20,749 bases of DNA, from contig CM119271.1 of assembly GCA_051294375.1 (NCBI GenBank), positions 4,159,479 through 4,180,227 on the forward strand, in the 5' to 3' direction. This document shows positions 12,054 to 20,749 of the stretch, piece after piece; positions within the stretch are counted from its first letter, which is position 1, and each line of letters begins with the position of its first letter. This stretch comes from Paraspadella gotoi. Lineage: Eukaryota; Animalia; Chaetognatha. A program made the translations under genes and the position numbers. The notes beneath the pieces are model-generated. The model did no database searches. It saw nothing but the letters and a program-made list of their open reading frames with translations, and was not told the origin of the DNA.

Positions 12054-13088
12054 CTCTCGTCAGGGTCTCTCCGCGACCACCTAAAAAAAAATAAAAAGGT
12101 GGGGATTGACGATTCCGGCGAGAATGAAGATTAATTCGATGACGGACTGCCTCCTTTTTTATTTTCCTAATTTACGTATCTTTTTTTCGAGTTACATGCC
12201 GCCCAGAGGGGTGGTGGGTAGAATCGGAGAAGGAGAGATTTAAAGGAGGAAGGAACGAAGAGGAATAGGTCAGGAAAGGGAGGCCGGAGGAGTAACGGGT
12301 AAGGTGCCATGGAAGAAAGGAGGGAGCGAGCCTTGACTGGGAAAAAGTCATCGCTTGTAGAAGAGAAGTATGGAAGCGGAGCAACTCCGCTAATATAATG
12401 ATATTGGAGAGCATAGGAGAGAAGATGAGTAGAGACAAGGACGAAGAGAGAGGAGAGAGAGAGAGAGAGGAGAGAGGAAGAGAGAGGAGATAGAGAGAGA
12501 GAGAAAGAGAAGAGAGAGAAGAGAGAGAGAGAGAGAGGAGAGAGAGTCGAGACGACGAGAGCGAATCACCAGACAAAAGTCCAATACGAGTTGGAACGGA
12601 AGAGGGAAAGCGAATTGAAAGAAAAGAAAAAAAATAGAAAATCTCCGCGCGTGACATCTCGACGGAGGCGGCGAAGGGAAGGAGGATGAGACAAGAGAAG
12701 AGAGAGACGAGAGAGAGAGGAGACGAGAGAGAGAGAAGAGAGGAGCAGAGAGAGAGAGGAGAGGAGAGAGAGATGAGAGAGATGTGAATGAAGCGAAAGA
12801 CGTGGAGACGAAATTTAAGATTTGTCGGGATGCGACTTGGATGAATTTAATGGGAAAATTGGTGGACTGCTCTTCATTGATATCGACTGAAAGCCTGTGA
12901 GACTGAAGACGAGGAGAGAGTGAAGTTGTTTTTAACATTGTTATTATACTACTCGTTTTCTAAAGAGGAATTTCTTACGTTCGTGAAGAAAGACTCGAAC
13001 GCTTTGAAACGAAATTATGGGGATAATAGGGAATTGAGAGATAAACTTTGGAAAGGGGTGACGTCGAGAGAGAGTGAAAGAAAATGGA

Positions 13089-13120
<32 letters not shown>

Positions 13121-13318
13121 AGAAAGATAGAAGATAAAGAAAGAAAGAAAAAAAAGGTGAGTAGAAAAGCAACGAGCTGAAAAGATAAGTTTTAACCTGA
13201 GAACAAAAAAGAGAAAATCGATTTAGTCAAAATTATTTTTTGTTTGTTTCGAGATTTAGAATCCGCGTCATCGTCGCTGACGTCGATCACTCGACGACGA
13301 ACGACAACAACAACAACG
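10804..13318. repeat. Second copy: A' (10804-11116, direct), B' (11186-12780, inverted), C' (12782-13318, direct)
   Basis: Manual alignment to 7827-10777; every block is shorter than its copy-1 counterpart. Confidence 0.93.
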
Positions 13319-13331
13319 ACGCAGACAGAGG
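13260..13331 (+). CDS. Putative 72-nt symmetric (phase 1-1) Ser/Thr-rich exon (xSASSSLTSITRRRTTTTTTTQTE)
   Basis: T-rich tract and tttag| acceptor, consensus donor gagg|gtaagt, length divisible by 3, open frame. Confidence 0.4.
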
Positions 13332-14066
13332 GTAAGTGCCTTTTGAGTTCTCGCTCCTGATTGGTCCTTCGCATCCTCGCCCTTTGATTGGTCGCTCTTG
13401 CAAAAAATCAGATGGAGAATCCGCGATGCGTTTGCAGAACTCGTTGTCAGGGCGACGTTTATTCACCTGTTGCTCTTTGGATGGACGACGACGACTACGA
13501 CGACGACGACGAATACTGCAAGGAAGACGACGTGGGAGAAATAATAACAATACCTGCTGTTGGACGAGGGTCCTAGGTTCTGGAATATCACGATAATTGA
13601 GCCATTTGATCATTTTAAATATTCTACAAAAAACTGCGCAAAACGCCACTGCGCGTGCGCGCAATACCGGCCGATTTAAGATCGGAGAGTATATATATTA
13701 TGTTTAAATATTAATGCGGCAACAACGACAACAACAACAATTCTAACGATTAACGCGTCAACTGATGTTTATTTCCACTCGAAAAAAAAAACAACAAAAA
13801 AAAAAAACAACAAAAAAGCAAAAAACTAAATCATTACGCGACTAGATTGAGGCTCATTAGTTCCTTCACCCAAAAAGTGGATCGATTTATGACGTCGATC
13901 TTTTTTTCCTTTCTCGTGACGTCAGTGCGGTGAATACTTAATAAAAGATGGAATCGTCTCGGCGTTAAATTTGGGAGGAAGATTTTTTCGCGTTGCGTCG
14001 GGTTTCATTACGAAATTCGAATATTTTAAGGAGGAACCATGCAGTTTCTGATCAGGTGAGTCTAAG

Positions 14067-14180
<114 letters not shown>

Positions 14181-14396
14181 TGCTGAAAAAACTAAACGAA
14201 TATCTAACGCTTAGCATTCGTTGGGATAGTATTTAAAACGAAAAAAGCGAAAACTTTACATAATTACCGCACAAGTTAGAAAAGAAATTCATTGAACAAT
14301 TATCGATGATTTTTCAAAGAATATGTTAATACATAAACTACGTATGAAATTTTCATACATACGTACGTCGCGATACACTAATTAAGTGAATTATTT

Positions 14397-14636
14397 TTAA
14401 TTCTTAAAATTTGAAGCCAACTGCACTACTTTCCGCTCCACCATCGCTCTTCCTTCAAATCTCGAGTGGCTCCTCATCTCGTGGTCAGGTTCGACGAAGA
14501 AGTGACAGTCTTCGAGTTCATCAGCGATGGAGTTGAGAACGAGGGCTTCGTCGCCGCGGAGGTGAATTACGAACTTCTCATTGGTCGATGATATCGAATG
14601 GTGATTGGTTAAAAGGAGTCTCTCTTTTACCGGCTG
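14397..14636 (-). CDS. Putative terminal exon (QPVKERLLLTNHHSISSTNEKFVIHLRGDEALVLNSIADELEDCHFFVEPDHEMRSHSRFEGRAMVERKVVQLASNFKN*)
   Basis: Stop-free frame 14702-14397 (101 codons plus stop), absent from the ORF track because it lacks an early start codon. Raised GC; candidate acceptor ctaatttttcgatcaatcag|. Confidence 0.4.
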   Translation of the reverse strand, partial: QPVKERLLLTNHHSISSTNEKFVIHLRGDEALVLNSIADELEDCHFFVEPDHEMRSHSRFEGRAMVERKVVQLASNFKN

Positions 14637-15117
14637 CTGATTGATCGAAAAATTAGTCTTGCGTGGCGGTATACTTGGGGTATCGTGTGTCGATTGAAGA
14701 TATTAATATGCGCTTTTGATTGGTCCAATAGGAAGAGTTATTGCGTATTTGTGTGTTAATGTGTATTGTAGGAGATAAATCCGTGATTCTGATTGCTGAT
14801 TGTCTACTAGTAGTCACCATAAATTGACAGCAGTTATTAAACCTCTCTGGGACAACAAGCATGGGCCTGTTTCGGATACAAAGACCGTAGCAAGATCGTA
14901 GCAAAAGATCCTTCAAAATACAGTTTTTCTGTGACGAGCTCCGTTTTTTACAAAATAAGAACAATTTCAAAATTTTTGTAAACAATGCATGCAAACACTA
15001 AACATACTTAATAAATTTCTTCTCTATTTTCGATTGCTCAGAATTACAGTCTATTCGTTTGTTGATTACGAGTATACAATGTACATATAGTAATAAAAAA
15101 TATATAAAATATCATAC

Positions 15118-15228
15118 CACTTCATTGATAGGGAAGCCAGGTACTCTGGGAGTGAATAAATAAGACTGTTAGAGAGTCTTGATTGAAAGCTTGCAGGGAC
15201 CTGCTATGTCATTATCTTGTCCGAGTGA
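15118..15228 (+). repeat. Left arm of ~110-bp inverted repeat
   Basis: Core 15124-15220 matches the reverse complement of 16291-16387 at 92/97 positions with no indels (manual alignment). Confidence 0.95.
15132..15228 (+). pseudogene. Inverted pseudo-exon copy of the 16379-16283 segment
   Basis: Same acceptor position (ttgatag|ggaagcc). CAA>TAA at 15161 and GAG>TAG at 15170 relative to the other copy. Confidence 0.4.
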
Positions 15229-15326
15229 ATAATGAAATATATAATATATATATATATATATAATATATAATATATATAATATAAAATAACGCACCTAATG
15301 ATTGACGTTTTCATTTTCTTTTGCAG

Positions 15327-15439
15327 AAACTAAAGGAACTGGAACCCTGGACTTTGGAGGATGAGGAGGAGAAGGAGGAGGAAGATGATGATGAGGAAGA
15401 GGAGGAGGACTTGATGGAAGAATCGAGGATCTGCCGAAG
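15327..15439 (+). CDS. Putative internal exon, acidic (KLKELEPWTLEDEEEKEEEDDDEEEEEDLMEESRICR)
   Basis: Strong acceptor (ctaat..ttgac..ttttcattttcttttgcag|) and donor aag|gtacat. Only frame 0 is open across the whole exon. Confidence 0.5.
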
Positions 15440-15637
15440 GTACATATATACTAGAGAGATAGAGAGAGAATTTGAATTTGAATTTGAAAAACAAAAGTGC
15501 GAGCTTTAGGCTTGTACTTTAAACAGCCCTAAAAAGCTACCTTATCTTATGATTTGTAAGTATTAATAGTTTTTTGAGTTTTCATGGTACTGAACAACTG
15601 ATCAATTCTAATATTCTAGTGGACAATAGGCATGGGC

Positions 15638-15673
<36 letters not shown>

Positions 15674-15871
15674 TTACTATTCTTTATCACACCCTGAATC
15701 CTTCCTCAGTTTTTCTCCGCCCTCTTCTCAATTCAACTTAACTCGTAACCGAATTCAAAACTTTCCGCGAAATAAATCCGAGTTCATAGTCGTAACGCCA
15801 TCCGCTTCCGCGCCATCAACGTCCGCCATTTGCGTCGCCTCACCGACGCCATCTCCCTCTCCTCCTTGCCA

Positions 15872-16105
15872 TCATGATTGGCCACGCCCACCTCCTATCG
15901 CCTCGGCAACGCGCGTCCAACCCTCAGTGGAGTCAACGAGTCTTTGTTCGCCGCCTTCGATGAAGACGGCGTTGACGTCCTGGATGACGGCATCGTCGTC
16001 CGCCTGTTCCATCGCCTGTTCCGTCGCTTGTTCCGTGGTTTGTTCGCTGACGCCGTCGATGATGACAACGTCGGCGTCTTGATTGAGTTTGGTCATTGTT
16101 GTCAT
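15872..16105 (-). CDS. Coding-like acidic ORF (MTTMTKLNQDADVVIIDGVSEQTTEQATEQAMEQADDD...); similar composition continues past the TGA to ~15755
   Basis: GC-rich island with GNN-rich codons and a 12-nt internal repeat (EQxx). Other frames on both strands are also largely open, so strand and frame are uncertain. Confidence 0.3.
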   Translation of the reverse strand: MTTMTKLNQDADVVIIDGVSEQTTEQATEQAMEQADDDAVIQDVNAVFIEGGEQRLVDSTEGWTRVAEAIGGGRGQS

Positions 16106-16282
16106 CTATTACGTATCTTTTCTTCCTTCCTGCAGTTATCACTAGTTTTAGTTTCCAACGGTTCACGTATATTTTTATGAAATTGGTACAAACAAAATAA
16201 AAATTATCTAATATTCATTCATTCAATAAATAAGCTATCTTGCTCCTGACTTTGGACAGGCTTTGGTGGTTTAATGCCTCCA

Positions 16283-16393
16283 TCACTCTTACAAGATAAT
16301 AACGTAGCAGGTCCCTGCAAGCTTTCAATCAAGACTCTCTCACAGTCTTGTTTATTCACTCCCAGAGTACCTGGCTTCCCTGTCAATAATGTG
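16283..16393 (-). repeat. Right arm of ~110-bp inverted repeat
   Basis: Reverse complement of 15118-15228; spacer about 1.05 kb. Confidence 0.95.
16293..16379 (-). CDS. Putative 87-nt exon (xKPGTLGVNKQDCERVLIESLQGPATLLS); 3' boundary uncertain, frame stays open to ~16220
   Basis: Acceptor ttattgacag| and possible donor |gtaaga. The frame is stop-free here, whereas the inverted copy starting at 15132 carries two nonsense changes. Confidence 0.4.
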
Positions 16394-17049
16394 AAATAAT
16401 GTCTTTTCCTTTGTTACTTTCCTTTTTAAAAATTAACACTTGTTTTCTTTTCTTTACTTATCTCCATTGTAATACTTTTATTTATCATTTTTGAGATTAT
16501 TAGTTTTCCCTAACTTTATATTGTAGTTCTAAAGGTAAGCTAAACTAACTCATCTCAATTTCTCAAAAAATACGAAGTTTTATCTTTTTTTTTTAATACT
16601 TAATTGTCTAATGTCTATTGCTGTCTTGACAAAAATCTAAAATAAACGATGGCCAGTCAAAAATGTACGTTTTTTTTACTCAGGGTTTTACAATAAATAA
16701 CACATGCTCACAAAAAGCAAATTTATCTTGTTACATTGGACGTCGTTCGCTACTACGGCGTTGTTAAAATTATAAAAAAAAATGCGCGAAAAAGTCCACG
16801 TTGAGTTTTAAACAGATTTGTATTTTCATTCCAAATTCTAAAAATAGAAATGAAAAAGAATTGAAAGCTTCTAAGGAAGCGGTCGTCACTGAAAAGATGC
16901 TCTAAAAGGCGGATAACAATTAAAAAATGTATTGAGATTTAATTAAAAGTCCTTAAACAAAGATATTGTTAAATGACTGATGCCTATTCTGAGATAAAAA
17001 AATTTAAATTGATTTTAAATTGAATTAAGGAGATGGTTTGAGAGAGAGG

Positions 17050-17098
<49 letters not shown>

Positions 17099-17139
17099 AA
17101 GTCATTCGTAATTAAATACATAAGCGAATACAAACTCGA

Positions 17140-17188
17140 CCAATCGGCGTTGCTCTTTTTTTCTATTTTTGGTCAACAAGATGGCGGC
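17140..17188 (+). promoter_or_regulatory. Promoter-like module: CCAAT box plus full YY1/Pho consensus, downstream of a GAGA tract
   Basis: CCAAT at 17140-17144, CAAGATGGCGGC at 17177-17188, (GA)n at 17040-17095. Confidence 0.4.
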
Positions 17189-18382
17189 GTATTTGAGAAT
17201 GAGAAAACATTTGTTATATAATTTAACGATGATGCAAGCATTTTTTTTTTTCGGAAAAGGACGAGTAAAAATGTAAAACGAATAAAGAGAATGAGCGAGA
17301 GTTACGATTGTCTTTTGTTTTTTGGCGATTTATAAAGAATTCCCACTGTATGGACGATCGGGAATTAATTTCCGGAAATCTCAATTTAAATCGGGGTTTC
17401 TTCGATTCAGCGCTTCGGAATGTTATCGTCATAAAATACTAATAAGAATTCGGGATGGCTAAAATGACAAATTCTCAAATATTACTAACGCGCTTAAATG
17501 AGGAACGTGTGGCTTCATCGCAAAATCAAACCACGTCAACGAAAACAAAAAAATCTCGCGGGGAGGGAGGGCGGCATTCAAATTCATCACGACTTTTTTT
17601 TTTTTTNNNNNNNNNNNNNNNNNNNNNNNNNNNNNNNNNNNNNNNNNNNNNNNNNNNNNNNNNNNNNNNNNNNNNNNNNNNNNNNNNNNNNNNNNNNNNN
17701 NNNNNNNNNNNNNNNNNNNNNNNNNNNNNNNNNNNNNNNNNNNNNNNNNNNNNNNNNNNNNNNNNNNNNNNNNNNNNNNNNNNNNNNNNNNNNNNNNNNN
17801 NNNNNNNNNNNNNNNNNNNNNNNNNNNNNNNNNNNNNNNNNNNNNNNNNNNNNGAGAGAGAGAGACCCTTTTTTAATTGTTTTTGGGACAAATCTGAATC
17901 TTTTTGAAGAGGCGGTTTGGTCATCTGATAAAAAGTGAGATACAGGGTAACCGAGAAAAAATGAAAAGACATTAATTGTCTTTTCAAGATGAATTGAGCT
18001 AGAAATAGCGTTTTCGAGCTTAAAATTAATGCGACACTTTACTTTTGAAGTTACTTCTACTATTTTTACAATTTCTATTTTAAACATTCTTTCATAAACT
18101 TTTTTTTCATTTTTATATTATATATTTTTTTTTTAGAAAATGAAAGTTTGCGACAAAAGTAGATCTTTAGAACCAATTCTTACCAATTATCGGAACATTG
18201 TTTAAATATTGGTATTAAACCTTATCAAATATCAAGTATACCCCTATTTTCCTTCTAGATTCTTTTTTTTTTCCTCATCTTCCTTACCCTAGTGAACTTC
18301 CCTAAATTTCTCGACCACCTCCCCAAACCCCCCTAACCCGGCCACCCTCGCCAACCCCCCTTCCAACCGCTTCCATTTTCCT

Positions 18383-18871
18383 TCAAAGCCCTCCTCGCTT
18401 GATCATGGCGAAGTGAGAGAGTTGCATCACCCCGTCGGCCTTGGAAGCCCCGCGTTCCAGCGTCCCCGTCATCGTGTATCCGAGATTGAAATCTTCCGTC
18501 GAGACGTTCGACGTCAAGAAGAGTCGAAAGTATTCGCGCGTCTCGGGACCCGCGGCGCCGCTCGGTCTCGTCGACGCGGGCGGCGCCGCCGGCGTCGTCG
18601 GCGTCGTCGTTCTCGACGTCGTCGTCGTCGTCGTCGTCGTGGATCCCGACGCCGTTTTGTTTTTATTTTGATTTTTGGCGACCTTGTCGGTCTTGGCGGC
18701 GCCGGGAGCGACGCCGGACGGTTCCGGCGGGGGATCGGCGACCGGCGCCGAGATGAGCTCCTCCTTGACGCTCTTGAACTTTCCGGTGACCCAGAGGCCG
18801 CCCTTTCCGTCGTCGACCATCCGGCCCATCGTCTCCACGCGGCGATGACCACGGATCTCGATGATCTTGCA
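18383..18871 (-). CDS. Terminal coding exon of an uncharacterised eukaryotic protein (CKIIEIRGHRRVETMGRMVDDGKGGLWVTGKFKSVKEEL...P/T-rich linker...REYFRLFLTSNVSTEDFNLGYTMTGTLERGASKADGVMQLSHFAMIKRGGL*)
   Basis: GC-rich island in AT-rich DNA, with C/G-ending codons. On the minus strand a long pyrimidine tract, a branch-like CTGAC and CCCAG| acceptor (AG at 18873-18872) lie in frame, 11 codons upstream of ORF 18383..18838. TGA stop at 18385-18383. Globular-looking segments flank a low-complexity linker. Upstream exons were not identified. Confidence 0.8.
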   Translation of the reverse strand, partial: CKIIEIRGHRRVETMGRMVDDGKGGLWVTGKFKSVKEELISAPVADPPPEPSGVAPGAAKTDKVAKNQNKNKTASGSTTTTTTTTSRTTTPTTPAAPPASTRPSGAAGPETREYFRLFLTSNVSTEDFNLGYTMTGTLERGASKADGVMQLSHFAMIKRGGL

Positions 18872-19462
18872 CTGGGAGGTCAGGGGATGGGATGTGGAAG
18901 AGGGGAAGGGGGTAAGGGAAGGGCGGGGTGAAGGGGGGGGGACGAGAGTGGTCGGTGATTGGTAGTGAAGGAGAGGGAGAGAAATGGTTGGCGATTATTA
19001 TAAGTATTAAAAGTTTTCGCTCTTTCTTTTATTTTGTTCCTTTTTTTCTTCAATTCTTTTTTTTTCTCTCTTTTCATTTTTTTTTTTTTTTTTGGGTATC
19101 TGCGTCTCGAATTAAAATATTCTCGATGTCGGAATCACTTACACACTGATCTCATTCTCTTACCAAATACTCCAATTATTTCTAATTTTTTGTTGCATAG
19201 TATATAAAGTAATTACTAATTACTCATGCATTTATAATTTAAGTAAATTCCTCCACGCCCGATGAAGCAATAGTTTTCTCCGCCGCCATAACCTCTTTTG
19301 ACTGAAGAGGATCTTATCGTTTTATCCAATCGATTTTCTTAACTTCCGCCATTTTCGTGTTTGACCCCCCATTTTCAGTGTTGACCGCCCTCCCTCTCCC
19401 CCGAGAAGCAAATGGTTATTCCAATCTCGTTTGTTTTAGACACCGACGGAGATATTGGAAAG

Positions 19463-19510
<48 letters not shown>

Positions 19511-19822
19511 GAGAGAGAGAGAGATGAGAATTGTCTTTTTAATGGTCGACCNNNNNNNNNNNNNNNNNNNNNNNNNNNAAGTTGATTAGATAATGTTAAA
19601 ACTAAATAACTGAATAGTATCATGGCATATGTTCGTAGAGTCTTTTCAATAGTCAGACTCTCTTATAATGTAGACAAATTTTCCTTTTACGCTCTATTTC
19701 TCTCTCTCTCTCTCTTTTTTCTCTCTCCTTCTATCTCTCTCTGTCTCTTTCTCTCTCTTTTTTACTATTCAAATTTCTTAAAAATGTTCCTTAATAGTGA
19801 TTCGCTAGAAATGTTCGTCTTA

Positions 19823-19823
19823 T

Positions 19824-19857
<34 letters not shown>

Positions 19858-19912
19858 TGGCTTTCTTCTCTCTTTCTTTCTTTATTTCCTTTTTTCTTTC
19901 CTTCTCTCTTTT

Positions 19913-19987
<75 letters not shown>

Positions 19988-20040
19988 AGCTTTCTTTCTC
20001 TATTTCTTTCTTAATTTTCTTTTTTCTTTTTTTCTCGATT

Positions 20041-20114
<74 letters not shown>
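19823..20114 (+). repeat. (CTTT)n tetranucleotide microsatellite
   Basis: Direct reading; related (GAAA)n tracts occur at ~10450-10570 and ~13088-13145. Confidence 0.95.
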
Positions 20115-20115
<1 letters not shown>

Positions 20116-20302
20116 CTCCCTCTATATTTTCTCGCCTTTTCCCTTTTTTTCTTTTTTAATTCGTCTGCTTTTCATGGTCGATCTCATTCTTCTAACGACT
20201 TCATCTCATCACTTTTTAAATGTTCCTAATTTCTCTTTTTACAACTCATCTTCTTTTAATTTTAGCTTCCTCATTTTTAAAAAAATTATATAATCGTACC
20301 AA

Positions 20303-20358
<56 letters not shown>

Positions 20359-20749
20359 ATTTTTTTTCTCGCCTCTATTTACTTTATCAGTCGGCCGTTT
20401 TGCAATTCGGCGACCAAAGATAAGAAAGGGAAGCGAAAAAACGAAGGAAAAGATAAGAAGTGACGAGAAAAGAAAGAAATAGAAAGAAAGAAAAGGAAAT
20501 AAAAAAAAAATAAAAAAAAGAATAGTCTAAAGAGAAAAAAATAAAAGAAAGAAAATTTGCGGGAAAAATAATCGAAATTGTAATTTAAATAAGCATCTCT
20601 TTCGTTTATTAAATTCTCGACTTAAATTGTCTCAGTCTCAGAGACACAAAATACCAACATAAAAATTTACGTTTTGTACTCGAAAGAAAATTTGACTAAA
20701 CTGGAAAAGAAAATTACGAACGACAGAAAGCTAATTAAAAAGTGTATGT

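Noticed and set aside
14342-14358. Palindrome gtatgaaa-t-tttcatac
   Set aside because: 8-bp AT-rich arms are expected by chance in 20 kb.
17455-18087. ORFs spanning poly-X (also 10753-11479)
   Set aside because: Their length is created by N gaps.

Overview
Eukaryotic (metazoan, probably arthropod; inferred from GT-AG exons, TTAGG-like units and dense (CT/GA)n and (CTTT)n microsatellites) AT-rich draft-assembly scaffold with six N gaps. Most ORFs in the supplied track are microsatellite translations. No prokaryotic genes, CRISPR arrays, rRNA or tRNA were recognised. Supported content: (1) a clear minus-strand terminal exon of an unidentified protein (18383-18871) and several weaker exon candidates; (2) a ~3 kb block present twice, as A-B-C (7827-10777) and A'-inverted B'-C' (10804-13318), whose indel pattern and gap-edge breakpoints point mainly to a long-read gap-filling artefact; (3) an indel-free ~110 bp inverted duplication (15118-15228 / 16283-16393) that looks like an exon plus a dead antisense copy; (4) short fold-back elements; (5) a possible highly degenerate non-LTR reverse transcriptase remnant at ~7100-8170. 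I cannot support a clearly novel biological system from the sequence alone. The inverted exon duplication is the best real lead.
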